IMG/VR virus record: IMGVR_UViG_3300020175_000007
Coordinates: 1-61,479 of that record
Strand: one strand, 5' to 3'
DNA from: a virus
Lineage: Duplodnaviria; Caudoviricetes
Length of the DNA: 61,479 nucleotides
Shown: positions 18,140-28,370 of the stretch, piece by piece
Layout of the letters: each line of letters begins with the position of its first letter
Numbering within the stretch: the stretch's first letter is position 1
Notes under the pieces: model-generated
Seen by the model: only the letters and a program-made list of their open reading frames with translations
Database searches by the model: none
Told to the model about the DNA's origin: nothing
Made by a program: the position numbers and the translations under genes

Positions 18140-18648
18140 TTATTTAAATCGTTTGGATCTATAAAATCTTTTCTATAAAATTTACCTAAAATATTATCAT
18201 TAATATGAGTACTATACTTATTTTCTAATACCTCATTTCTAAATAAATATTTGGTTTCATAATATGTAAGTAATTTTTTATTAGGAACAAATTGTAATAT
18301 ATGTTTCTCCCAATTTTCACCGGCATTATCTTCTTTAGATAAAGCAAGAATTTCTTTTTGTGAACCAAAATAATCTTTCCAATCAGATTCAGTTATTACC
18401 TTTTGTTTAATAGGAACTCTACCTCTTAATCCCTTTTTAGCTCTTTCTTCTCGTAAAGCTTCTAAAGCCTTTTTACCTAATCGTTTATTTCTTTCAAAGA
18501 AAAGGACTTTTTTTCCAATGTATCTTACGTCTGTTGGTTTATATACTACTTCATATATAAATCCGTAAGTACCTTCTGGCATATCCTTTATTGATGTTAT
18601 AACCCTTCCCTGGTAAGTCCAGGTAGCGGTTGTTGGCATATATCCCAT
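18121..18648 (-). CDS. GIY-YIG-like (Seg-type) endonuclease family protein
   Basis: YGFIY...RYIGKK...WKDYFGS...YE..N motif. Confidence 0.7.
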   Translation of the reverse strand: MGYMPTTATWTYQGRVITSIKDMPEGTYGFIYEVVYKPTDVRYIGKKVLFFERNKRLGKKALEALREERAKKGLRGRVPIKQKVITESDWKDYFGSQKEILALSKEDNAGENWEKHILQFVPNKKLLTYYETKYLFRNEVLENKYSTHINDNILGKFYRKDFIDPNDLNNLDTSK

Positions 18649-18660
18649 TTATTATAAGTA

Positions 18661-19569
18661 TTAAAGGTTTGAACTAGATAACCCAACAAAATAACTTTTT
18701 TGAAGGGAGTCAATTATTTTATTTATATCAAATATTTCTTCTAAGTTATTATATGCGCAAGAATGTACATCTTGCGATAAAGATATTGGCATAACATTAC
18801 AACTATCATAATTTGGAGGATTTGTAAATTTATTTGCTAAAATATTATCATGTAGATTATAACCAAAAACTTCAGGTTTAGTAGTTATCCAACAAACTGT
18901 TGATTTTAGGTTTAAAGCTTTAGCTAAATGTTGTGAGAATGAATCTATTAATAATCTTTTATCTGACATTTGTAATAATATAGCTATACTTCTCCAAGGT
19001 GATTCTATTGGAATACACCCTTCATAATTTATTTGGTTTGGAGATTTTATATGTAAACATTTATGAGTTTGACCCATATGATTTAATACTTCATTTACAA
19101 CACATTCTGGTAAGTCTCTAGTCCAAGAATAAGGATATAGTTGAGTTATAGATCCTCCATTAGGATGAATAACAAATATAGGTTGATTAAATTTATAGTA
19201 TTTTTTACAATCATCTATTTCTGCTTTTGAAAGAAATATTTCAGGTTGTTCATTATCATATTTTAAATCTAATAAATCACACCACATTTTAATTAAATGA
19301 ATTGGTTGTTGTGTTATAAAATCAGAAGTATCATATGGATCTAAAGTAAAATATTTACATTTTTGATCTTTTATAAACTTTGAATAAAAAACATTTGCTT
19401 CATTTAAATGAAAAGATTTATATACATCAGGATTATTATTAAAAACATCAGGACTACCTGATGATACTATAATATTTGAGTTTTTATATTTTTTCTTAAG
19501 AGCTTTTACTACAGCAGTTGATAAAATAACTTTGCCTAAACCACCACTAATATTAAATATTATATTCAT
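18661..19569 (-). CDS. Glycosyltransferase, GT9/heptosyltransferase-like (GT-B fold)
   Basis: GGLGKVILSTAV, VIHPNGG, IDSFSQHLA motifs. Confidence 0.8.
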   Translation of the reverse strand: MNIIFNISGGLGKVILSTAVVKALKKKYKNSNIIVSSGSPDVFNNNPDVYKSFHLNEANVFYSKFIKDQKCKYFTLDPYDTSDFITQQPIHLIKMWCDLLDLKYDNEQPEIFLSKAEIDDCKKYYKFNQPIFVIHPNGGSITQLYPYSWTRDLPECVVNEVLNHMGQTHKCLHIKSPNQINYEGCIPIESPWRSIAILLQMSDKRLLIDSFSQHLAKALNLKSTVCWITTKPEVFGYNLHDNILANKFTNPPNYDSCNVMPISLSQDVHSCAYNNLEEIFDINKIIDSLQKSYFVGLSSSNL

Positions 19570-19570
19570 A

Positions 19571-20176
19571 TTATCTAAATTGATTACCTCCTACCCATAA
19601 AACTAAAGATTTTCTTACACCTTTAGTTACAGGTGTTACTCTATGACTTAAATAAGATGGAAAAACAAATACTGATCCTTTAGTTTTAGGTGCTGATATA
19701 GATAAATCATCTCCTGAATGGTTGAGTTCTAAAATTCCACCTTCATAATCATTAGGATCTGATAGTTGAACTGTTAAAGATATTTTACGTAATGAATAAT
19801 GATCATTCCCAATATCTAAATGCCAATCATAATGGCCTTTATCCTCTGCATGATATTCAGTATATTGTATTTGTTCTATAATAGAACCTAATTCAAAACC
19901 CCATAAACTTTGGTTAGATGTTTCTATTAATTTAGAAAGTTTATCATATAATTGCATAAAGGGAGGTCGTTGAGGAATCCATTTTACTCTAGATGTTCTA
20001 GTTTCTTCATCACTTATAACTTCACCTTCAGTAAATATACTAGCTTCAGAATATTCAATTTTTTCTAAATCTTTTAATATACCATCAATTTCATAATTAT
20101 TAAAACCATCATTAATAAATTGTGGGGTAGTAGCTTTATTTCCTTGTTTTAAAAAAGTTAAACTATAGTCTATCAT
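19571..20176 (-). CDS. 2OG-Fe(II) oxygenase (prolyl-4-hydroxylase-like)
   Basis: YDWHLD (HxD), RKISL, FPSYLSHRVTPVTKGVRKSLV (distal H and RxS). Confidence 0.9.
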   Translation of the reverse strand: MIDYSLTFLKQGNKATTPQFINDGFNNYEIDGILKDLEKIEYSEASIFTEGEVISDEETRTSRVKWIPQRPPFMQLYDKLSKLIETSNQSLWGFELGSIIEQIQYTEYHAEDKGHYDWHLDIGNDHYSLRKISLTVQLSDPNDYEGGILELNHSGDDLSISAPKTKGSVFVFPSYLSHRVTPVTKGVRKSLVLWVGGNQFR

Positions 20177-20198
20177 ATATTTAGTTTTGATTGTAGTT

Positions 20199-20230
20199 CT
20201 AATATACGAACCGTTTTTTAATTATCCAAA
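20199..20230 (-). promoter_or_regulatory. Bacteroidota-type promoter TTTG-N20-TATATTAG
   Basis: Intergenic, upstream of the oxygenase/GT9 pair; exact 20-nt spacer. Confidence 0.7.
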
Positions 20231-20233
20231 TTA

Positions 20234-20881
20234 TTATATAAATGTTTTTTGAGGTATCCAATATACACTTCCAGTGTGTAATTCTTTATAATATTTTTGA
20301 GTTGGTACTTCTATTGGGTAATATAAAGTATCTGGTATTTCGTGGTTATAGGGATTTCCATTTAATGGTGCTTTTTCTGTTGTTATAGTTGATTCTTCTA
20401 CACCATTATACCAACTAAGAACTGTTCCTTTTTTAGTTAATGTTCCATCTTGTATACAATCCTTCCAATATCTAAATTTATCATCACCATAAGTATCAAA
20501 AAATATACCATCATATTTTTCAAATAAACCTTCTTCTTTAGCTTCATACCAACTTTGACTTATAATTTTTACATTAGGTTTATCTTTAGACCAATCTATT
20601 AATTTACCAATAATTTGGGGGTGATTTTCAACTATAGTGTGTGAATTAATACTTGAGGATTGGACATAATCTGCAAAAATACCCATACCAAAACCTATTT
20701 CTAATATATCACCTCCATTTTTAGTAACAACCTTAGCATGTTCTTCCATTATGGGATGTTCAAAATTGTGCATTACTACATGAGCATTTTCACTATGAGC
20801 AAAAACATCTAGCATAATAATAGCATTCTCAGTCTCGTATAATATTTCTTCAGTAAATTTTACTCTTTTTAATTCTGACAT
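20234..20881 (-). CDS. Class I SAM methyltransferase, GAMT/Rmt2-like
   Basis: GGDILEIGFGMGI, HTIVENHP, YDGIFFDTY motifs. Confidence 0.85.
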   Translation of the reverse strand: MSELKRVKFTEEILYETENAIIMLDVFAHSENAHVVMHNFEHPIMEEHAKVVTKNGGDILEIGFGMGIFADYVQSSSINSHTIVENHPQIIGKLIDWSKDKPNVKIISQSWYEAKEEGLFEKYDGIFFDTYGDDKFRYWKDCIQDGTLTKKGTVLSWYNGVEESTITTEKAPLNGNPYNHEIPDTLYYPIEVPTQKYYKELHTGSVYWIPQKTFI

Positions 20882-20900
20882 ATAACATTTTTTTAAAATT

Positions 20901-21644
20901 TTAAGCTCCTACTCCCCTAAATTGAAAGTGAAAATAACAAGTAGCATTTGATGGAGGAGCACCATAACCACTATTAATAATACCACTTGAAAAGGCATTA
21001 AAACCTCCTGATCTACTAGCTTGTCCAATTGAAGCATTACCCATAGCTGTTGGGAAAGGACCAGAAGGTAAACCTTCTGTAAAACATCCTGTATCAAAAT
21101 CTGAACTATCAACTGTAGTACCTGTATAGCAGGTTCTAACAGTTGCTCTTGCATAACAATTAGTTCCATTAAATGAAGTAGGTACTCCACTGTAAACACT
21201 ACCTGCATAACCAGTTGAACCTATTGTTTGTGTACCAGTTGCATTACATTTAGTTTGATTAGATGTATTTTGTAAACAAGTCATAAAAAATGCATTTTGG
21301 GAATATAAACTTGCTGGGAAATCTGTTAAGATTGATTGTCCTTTTAATGAAATACAATATGTTGTTGCTGGGGGTTCATAATCTTGATCATAAGTACGCA
21401 TAGAAAACATACTAAAATTGAAACAAGCTGCAGCTATAGCAGCTATTCCAGCATATCCTGGGCTATCTGTATTTAAAGCTGGAAGTGAATTACCATTACC
21501 ACCAACAGTTCCTGCATAATATTGACCTCTAAGACTAGCAGGTGCAATAAAAGCTGTTGGTGAATAAGTATTACTATAGGAACAATTCAGCCTTTCGTTA
21601 TTTACATATTTTAATAGTAATTGTCCTGATGCTGGTACTGCCAT
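20901..21644 (-). CDS. Hypothetical Cys/Gly/Ser-rich virion (fibre-associated) protein
   Basis: Follows the S74 fibre gene; MAVPASGQL start and small-residue composition. Confidence 0.6.
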   Translation of the reverse strand: MAVPASGQLLLKYVNNERLNCSYSNTYSPTAFIAPASLRGQYYAGTVGGNGNSLPALNTDSPGYAGIAAIAAACFNFSMFSMRTYDQDYEPPATTYCISLKGQSILTDFPASLYSQNAFFMTCLQNTSNQTKCNATGTQTIGSTGYAGSVYSGVPTSFNGTNCYARATVRTCYTGTTVDSSDFDTGCFTEGLPSGPFPTAMGNASIGQASRSGGFNAFSSGIINSGYGAPPSNATCYFHFQFRGVGA

Positions 21645-21647
21645 AAC

Positions 21648-24600
21648 TTATTTAATTTTATTTTCCAGTTCTTTTACTTTATCATTTAGTTCTTTAACTG
21701 CTTCAATTAATACTGCTACTAATCTATCATATTTAACGGCTTTATATCCATTTTCTCTATTATCAACTATTTCTGGAAATATTGCTTCTACTTCTTGAGC
21801 TATAATACCTACATCATGTCCTTCATTAGCATGTATTTCTTTATTTTTATTAGCTTCAAATTCTTTCCAATCAAATGTAACACCATTTAACATACTTACT
21901 TTTTCTAAAGCATTTGGTATATTTACTATATTAGTTTTTAATCTTCTATCTGATGAATAGAAGGCTATTACATCATTTGTAGCTCTAATTAATCCAGTAG
22001 TAGTTGTAGCTGTAGTACCACCAACAATTAAACCACCACCACTAAAGAACATATAACCTTCATCAAGTCCCATTAATCCATTTCCACCAAATCCATTAAC
22101 TCTAAAACCAGTATCATCATCATCAATATTATATACTAAGTTTCCACCAGATGGTCCTATACTAAATGGAAGATCTGCATAATTTAATTTAGTACCACTA
22201 AATAATAAATTTGCTTCAGCATTTAAAGTAACACCACTTACTGATGTCATTACCCTATTACTACCAGCATTAGTTATTGTTGCAGTACCACTTGTTCCAC
22301 TTGAACCTGATGAACCTGAAGATCCTGATGTTCCTGAAGAACCTGATGTACCCGCAATTGTTATACCTGATGTACCTGATGAACCACTTGTTCCATCAGA
22401 ACCTGGATCACCTTGTTGACCACTTGTACCTGAAGATCCTGATGTTCCTGAATTACCAGATGATCCTGAAGTTCCTGAATTACCAGATGATCCTGATGTA
22501 CCACTTGAACCTGATGAACCTGATGAACCACTTGATCCAGAAGAACCTGAATTACCTGAAGTTCCTGATGAACCTGATGTACCACTGTTTCCACTTGAAC
22601 CTGATGTTCCTGAAGATCCACTAGATCCTGAAGAACCTGAGTTACCTGATGTTCCTGAAGTACCATTAGCACCTGATGAACCACTTGTTCCATCTGATCC
22701 TGAAGATCCTGAAGATCCTGATGAACCTGAATTACCACTAGTTCCTGATGAACCACTTGTACCAGATGAACCTGAAGTACCTGATGATCCACTTGAGCCA
22801 GAATTACCTGATGTACCTGAGCTTCCACTTGTTCCTGAAGAACCTGATGTTCCAGATGAACCAGATGAACCACTAGATCCACTTGAACCACTTGATCCTG
22901 ATGAACCTGATGTACCCGAGGATCCACTTGTTCCTGCATCACCTGTTACTACAAAGGCACAAGTTACATCTTCTCCATCTGAAAATGGTGAAGCTGCTGA
23001 ATATGCACTATTTGTTACTGATAATGTCCACCAACCTGTATTATCTTCTGTATTTGTTATAGCAAATAATAAGAATTGTGTTGCATCTGTTCTATTAGCT
23101 ATTCTAATATGTCCTTTAACAGCTGATGTTGCTGAATCAATTGTTGATAAAAATGACTGTATAGAAGTACCATCATCATCAGTTATATCTATATAAACAT
23201 TTGTAGAATTTCTTTGTGTTGCGTTATTTAATCTTACTTGTCCTGTTCCTGGATCTGTAGCTGATGTGCTTGTATCGAATGTATAATCAAAAGTAGCACC
23301 ACCAAACGAACCATCTGCTCCACTTGAACCTGAAGATCCACTTGAACCACTTGAACCTGATGAACCACTTGATCCTGATGATCCTGATGATCCTGATGAA
23401 CCACTTGAACCACTAGAACCTGATGAACCACTTGATCCTGATGTTCCTGAAGAACCTGAAGTACCTGAAGATCCACTTGATCCAGAATTACCTGATGTAC
23501 CTGATGAACCACTAGATCCTGAATTACCACTTGTTCCTGATGATCCACTTGTACCACTTGTTCCTGAAGAACCTGAAGTACCTGAAGATCCACTTGAACC
23601 TGAATTACCACTTGTTCCTGATGAACCTGTAGCTCCTGATGAACCTGAAGTACCACTAGATCCACTTGTTCCACTTGATCCTGATGAACCACTTGATCCA
23701 CTTGAACCTGAATCACCAATTCCACCTGAAGTTCCTGATGAACCACTTGTACCATCTGAACCTGATGATCCTGATGAACCTGAGTTACCTGATGTTCCAG
23801 ATGTTCCCGATGTTCCTGAAGAACCTGATGTTCCTGAAGAACCACTTGAACCTGAATTACCTGTAGCTCCTGATGAACCTGAAGTACCATCTGAACCACT
23901 TGATCCTGACGAACCACTAGAACCTGATGAGCCACTTGTTCCTGATGAACCAGATGTTCCTGAAGATCCACTAGATCCACTTGAACCACTTGATCCTGAA
24001 GATCCTGATGATCCAGAAGAACCTGATGAACCACTAGATCCACTTGAACCTGAAGTACCACTTGAAGCTGCTGCTTCTTTTGTACCTACTCTACCATCTG
24101 TATCTACAACTAATACTGTGTTGTCTGATATACCTGGTAGTGCTGTTAATTCCATATGTGCAAATGAAGCTGTAGTAGTTGATGTACCTTCTAATCTACC
24201 ATCTACACTAACTAAACCTGAACCACTAACAGATAATATTGGAACACCTGATATGTCAGATGCTGCAAATACTGTTCCTGTTAAATCATCTGTTACTGAA
24301 AATAATTGCCCTTGACTTCCTTGAACGTCAAAAACTGTTTTAGTTGGATCAGCTGCTGCTGAACCTGATACTGTTAATTTTGTTGAAGCTGAAAATATTA
24401 AATTAGGATTTGCTGTTAATTCACCTGATACTCCTGTAGCAGTTGTTACTCTATAAATTACATTATTTGCAATTGTAGCTACACCACTTGTTCCTGATGA
24501 ACCCGAAGATCCACTTGTTCCTGATGTACCTGATGAACCACTTGTACCTGAAGATCCACTTGATCCTGATGAACCTGAAGATCCACTTGAACCTGATGTT

Positions 24601-27600
24601 CCTGATGAACCACTAGTTCCTGATGAACCACTACTTCCAGATGAACCATCTGTTCCTGCTGTACCTGTTGTACCTGAAGTACCTGATGATCCACTAGTTC
24701 CACTTGAACCTGAAGTTCCTGAAGAACCACTTGATCCTGAATTACCACTTGTTCCTGATGAACCTGTAGCTCCTGATGAACCTGAAGTACCATCTGAACC
24801 TGATGAACCTGAAGAACCACTAGAACCTGATGTTCCTGAGCTACCACTAGTTCCGCTTGATCCTGAAGATCCATTTGAACCTGAAGAACCTGATGAACCA
24901 GATGATCCGCTTGTTCCACTTGAACCTGATGTTCCTGAATCACCTGTTACTACAAAGGCACAAGTTACATCTTCTCCATCTGTAAATGGTGTTGCTGTTG
25001 AAAAAGCTTCATTACTTAATTCTAATGTCCACCATCCTGTATTATCTTCTAAGTCACTAATAGCAAATAATAAGAATTGTGTTGCATCTGTTCTATTAGC
25101 TATTCTTATGTGACCCTTAACTGCTGATGTTGATGAATCTACCGTTTCTAAGAACGATTGTATAGAAGTACCATTATCATCCGTTATGTCTATGTACCCT
25201 GCTGTTGAATTTCTTTGTACTGCTTGGTTTAATCTTACTTGTCCTGTTCCTGGATCTGTAGCTGATGTGCTTGTGTCAAAAGTATAATCAAATGTAGCAC
25301 CACCAAATGAACCATCTGCTCCTGATGAACCTGAAGATCCACTTGAACCACTTGATCCACTAGTACCACTTGAACCACTTGATCCTGATGAACCACTTGA
25401 TCCTGATGAACCTGAAGAACCAGAAGTACCTGATGAACCACTAGATCCACTTGTACCATCTGAACCACTAGATCCACTTGATCCTGAAGATCCTGAATTA
25501 CCTGATGTTCCTGAAGATCCTGAGGATCCTGAAGTACCATCTGTTCCACTTGTTCCTGATGAACCTGAAGTTCCTGAACTTCCACTTGAACCTGATGAAC
25601 CTGAATTCCCTGATGTACCTGAACTACCACTTGTACCTGAAGAACCTGATGTTCCAGATGAACCATCTGAACCTGATGTTCCTGAAGCACCTGAAGATCC
25701 TGAAGTTCCATCAGTACCATTTGAACCTGATGTACCAGAAGTACCTGATGATCCACTTGTTCCTGATGAACCTGATGTTCCTGAAGATCCTGAAGAACCA
25801 TTTGAACCACTTGTACCTGATGAACCTGAAGATCCATCTGCTCCTGAATATGAAATAGAAACTAATAATGTATCTTCATCTGTAAATGGTGTTGTTGCAG
25901 ATGCTCCTATTTGAGTAACAGCAGCTGTTGTAAATGTACCACTATCAGTAGTATTTCCTACTAAAAATTGTATAAATTTTGTATTATCGTATAATTTTGA
26001 TATTGCTAAAACATCTCCTGATTCGAAAGTTGCTCTAGTATTTCCATCTGAATCTATCTCAGATATTTTTATTTGAGTTGCTGATGCTTGAGTATTATTA
26101 TTCATTACTATACCACCACTACTTGGGTCGGAATAGTTTATATTATATGTAAATGGATAAGTTAATCCACCATAGTTACCTGAGTTACCACTTGATCCTG
26201 AAGTACCACTAGAACCACTTGATCCACTAGATCCTGAAGATCCTGATGAACCAGAAGATCCAGATGAACCACTAGTTCCTGAAGAACCATCTGTTCCTGC
26301 TGTACCTGAAGTACCTGAAGTACCTGAAGAACCTGAAGTACCATCTGTTCCTGTTGTTCCTGAACTTCCAGATGTTCCATCTGAACCTGAAGATCCTGAA
26401 GATCCTGATGAACCACTAGTTCCTGAAGAACCTGATGTACCATCTGATCCACTTGTACCTGAAGATCCACTTGAACCTGAACTACCACTTGTTCCATCTG
26501 AACCTGATGAACCACTACTTCCTGAAGTACCACTAGAACCACTTGATCCTGATGAACCACTTGATCCTGAAGAACCTGAAGTACCTGAAGTTCCTCCAAT
26601 TACAAATCCTATAAAAATATCATCTCCATCTGCAAAAGGATCAGTACCACTTATTGATAAAACTGAACCTGGGATTCTAGCATATGTTGCAGCTGTTGTA
26701 ACTGGTCCAGTACATTGAAATGTTAAAAACAGTTCGTCAATTTTTTCTCTAATTGTTAAAATAGTATTTTCTGTAACACTATTTATAGGAAAAGTATTAC
26801 CCTCTGCATCTGTATTATTAATCCATATTTGAGTTGCATCACCCTGTGTAGCATCATCTAACCTAATTACTCCTGTTCCTGGATTACCTGTTATTTCTGT
26901 TGAAAAATCATATAAATAGGTGTTAGGTGCTATAATAGTTTGTCCTGAACTTCCACTTGTTCCTGATGAGCCACTTGTTCCACTTGATCCTGATGAACCT
27001 GAAGATCCACTTGAGCCACTTGTTCCATCTGATCCTGATGTTCCTGAATCACCTGAAGTTCCTGATGAACCACTAGTTCCTGAAGAACCACTAGTACCAC
27101 TTGAACCACTAGATCCACTTGTACCATCTGAACCTGATGATCCTGAACTACCTGAAGTTCCATCTGAACCACTTGTACCTGTATCTCCACTTGTTCCTGA
27201 AGAACCTGAAGTACCTGAACTACCACTTGAACCACTTGTTCCATCTGATCCTGAAGATCCTGATGAACCACTTGATCCAGATGAACCTGAAGTACCTGAA
27301 TCACCAGTTACTACAAAAGCACAAGTTACATCCTCTAAGTTTGTAAATGGTGATCCCGTTGAAAATGCTTGCCCTGCTATATCAATTACCCACCAATCTC
27401 CTTGATCTTCTAAATCTGATATTGAGAATAATAAAAATTGTGTTGCATCCGTTCTATTAGCTATTCTTATGTGACCTTTAATAGCTGAGGTAGAACTGTC
27501 TATTGTTTGTAAAAAGGATTGAATGTCAGTTCCATCATCATCCGTTCCACTAATATAAGCTGCTGTTGAATTTTTTTGATTTGTTGAATTATTTAATGCT

Positions 27601-28370
27601 ACTTTACCTGTTCCTGGATCTGCAGATGTTGTTGATGAATTGAATGTATAATCAAATGTAGCACCACCGAATGAACCATCTGCTCCTGAAGAACCTGATG
27701 AACCACTTGAACCTGATGTACCGCTAGTTCCATTTGTACCACTAGTTCCTGATGAACCACTTGTTCCTGAAGTTCCTGAAGAACCACTTGTTCCTGAAGA
27801 ACCTGATGAACCTGAAGTACCATCTGAACCTGAAGATCCTGAACTACCTGAAGTACCGTCTGTACCACTTGAACCATCTGTTCCTGCTGTACCTGAAGTA
27901 CCTGATGTACCTGAAGAACCTGAAGTTCCTGAAGATCCACTTGAACCAGAAGTCCCATCTGAACCACTTGAACCATCTGTTCCTGCAGTACCTGAAGTAC
28001 CTGATGAACCTGATGTTCCTGAAGAACCACTTGAACCACTTGATCCTGAAGTACCATCTGAACCACTTGAACCATCTGTTCCTGCTGTACCTGAAGTACC
28101 TGAAGATCCAGAAGTTCCAGATGAACCACTTGTTCCATCTGAACCTGAACTACCACTTGAACCTGATGTTCCTGAGGAAGACGCTGCTTCTCTTGTACCT
28201 ACAACACCATCAGTACTAATTACTAATATTGTATCTTCACTAGGTTTACTTGGAAGTCCTGCTTCTGATAATATTAATGGGTTTGATCCGGTGATTGCTA
28301 AAGATCCTGTGATTTCAGAATCTTCTAAGGATTGATATCCTTTTCTAGTTACAAATTTATTATATGCCAT
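21648..28370 (-). CDS. Giant Gly-X-Y (GSS/GTS) repeat tail fibre with repeated globular domains and C-terminal peptidase S74 chaperone
   Basis: 2240 aa with long GSS/GTS/GSD tracts. C-terminal YSSDRRLKTNI..GVTFDW..GIIAQEVE..VKYDRL..LIEAVKEL. Confidence 0.9.
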   Translation of the reverse strand: MAYNKFVTRKGYQSLEDSEITGSLAITGSNPLILSEAGLPSKPSEDTILVISTDGVVGTREAASSSGTSGSSGSSGSDGTSGSSGTSGSSGTSGTAGTDGSSGSDGTSGSSGSSGSSGTSGSSGTSGTAGTDGSSGSDGTSGSSGSSGTSGSSGTSGTSGTAGTDGSSGTDGTSGSSGSSGSDGTSGSSGSSGTSGSSGTSGTSGSSGTSGTNGTSGTSGSSGSSGSSGADGSFGGATFDYTFNSSTTSADPGTGKVALNNSTNQKNSTAAYISGTDDDGTDIQSFLQTIDSSTSAIKGHIRIANRTDATQFLLFSISDLEDQGDWWVIDIAGQAFSTGSPFTNLEDVTCAFVVTGDSGTSGSSGSSGSSGSSGSDGTSGSSGSSGTSGSSGTSGDTGTSGSDGTSGSSGSSGSDGTSGSSGSSGTSGSSGTSGSSGTSGDSGTSGSDGTSGSSGSSGSSGSSGTSGSSGTSGSSGQTIIAPNTYLYDFSTEITGNPGTGVIRLDDATQGDATQIWINNTDAEGNTFPINSVTENTILTIREKIDELFLTFQCTGPVTTAATYARIPGSVLSISGTDPFADGDDIFIGFVIGGTSGTSGSSGSSGSSGSSGSSGTSGSSGSSGSDGTSGSSGSSGSSGTSGSDGTSGSSGTSGSSGSSGSSGSDGTSGSSGTTGTDGTSGSSGTSGTSGTAGTDGSSGTSGSSGSSGSSGSSGSSGSSGSSGTSGSSGNSGNYGGLTYPFTYNINYSDPSSGGIVMNNNTQASATQIKISEIDSDGNTRATFESGDVLAISKLYDNTKFIQFLVGNTTDSGTFTTAAVTQIGASATTPFTDEDTLLVSISYSGADGSSGSSGTSGSNGSSGSSGTSGSSGTSGSSGTSGTSGSNGTDGTSGSSGASGTSGSDGSSGTSGSSGTSGSSGTSGNSGSSGSSGSSGTSGSSGTSGTDGTSGSSGSSGTSGNSGSSGSSGSSGSDGTSGSSGSSGTSGSSGSSGSSGSSGSSGSSGTSGSSGSSGSSGSSGADGSFGGATFDYTFDTSTSATDPGTGQVRLNQAVQRNSTAGYIDITDDNGTSIQSFLETVDSSTSAVKGHIRIANRTDATQFLLFAISDLEDNTGWWTLELSNEAFSTATPFTDGEDVTCAFVVTGDSGTSGSSGTSGSSGSSGSSGSNGSSGSSGTSGSSGTSGSSGSSGSSGSDGTSGSSGATGSSGTSGNSGSSGSSGTSGSSGTSGSSGTSGTTGTAGTDGSSGSSGSSGTSGSSGTSGSSGSSGSSGSSGSSGTSGSSGTSGTSGSSGSSGTSGVATIANNVIYRVTTATGVSGELTANPNLIFSASTKLTVSGSAAADPTKTVFDVQGSQGQLFSVTDDLTGTVFAASDISGVPILSVSGSGLVSVDGRLEGTSTTTASFAHMELTALPGISDNTVLVVDTDGRVGTKEAAASSGTSGSSGSSGSSGSSGSSGSSGSSGSSGSSGSSGTSGSSGTSGSSGSSGSSGSSGSDGTSGSSGATGNSGSSGSSGTSGSSGTSGTSGTSGNSGSSGSSGSDGTSGSSGTSGGIGDSGSSGSSGSSGSSGTSGSSGTSGSSGATGSSGTSGNSGSSGSSGTSGSSGTSGTSGSSGTSGNSGSSGSSGTSGNSGSSGSSGTSGSSGTSGSSGSSGSSGSSGSSGSSGSSGSSGSSGSSGSSGSSGSSGADGSFGGATFDYTFDTSTSATDPGTGQVRLNNATQRNSTNVYIDITDDDGTSIQSFLSTIDSATSAVKGHIRIANRTDATQFLLFAITNTEDNTGWWTLSVTNSAYSAASPFSDGEDVTCAFVVTGDAGTSGSSGTSGSSGSSGSSGSSGSSGSSGTSGSSGTSGSSGTSGNSGSSGSSGTSGSSGTSGSSGTSGNSGSSGSSGSSGSDGTSGSSGANGTSGTSGNSGSSGSSGSSGTSGSSGNSGTSGSSGTSGNSGSSGSSGSSGSSGSSGTSGSSGNSGTSGSSGNSGTSGSSGTSGQQGDPGSDGTSGSSGTSGITIAGTSGSSGTSGSSGSSGSSGTSGTATITNAGSNRVMTSVSGVTLNAEANLLFSGTKLNYADLPFSIGPSGGNLVYNIDDDDTGFRVNGFGGNGLMGLDEGYMFFSGGGLIVGGTTATTTTGLIRATNDVIAFYSSDRRLKTNIVNIPNALEKVSMLNGVTFDWKEFEANKNKEIHANEGHDVGIIAQEVEAIFPEIVDNRENGYKAVKYDRLVAVLIEAVKELNDKVKELENKIK

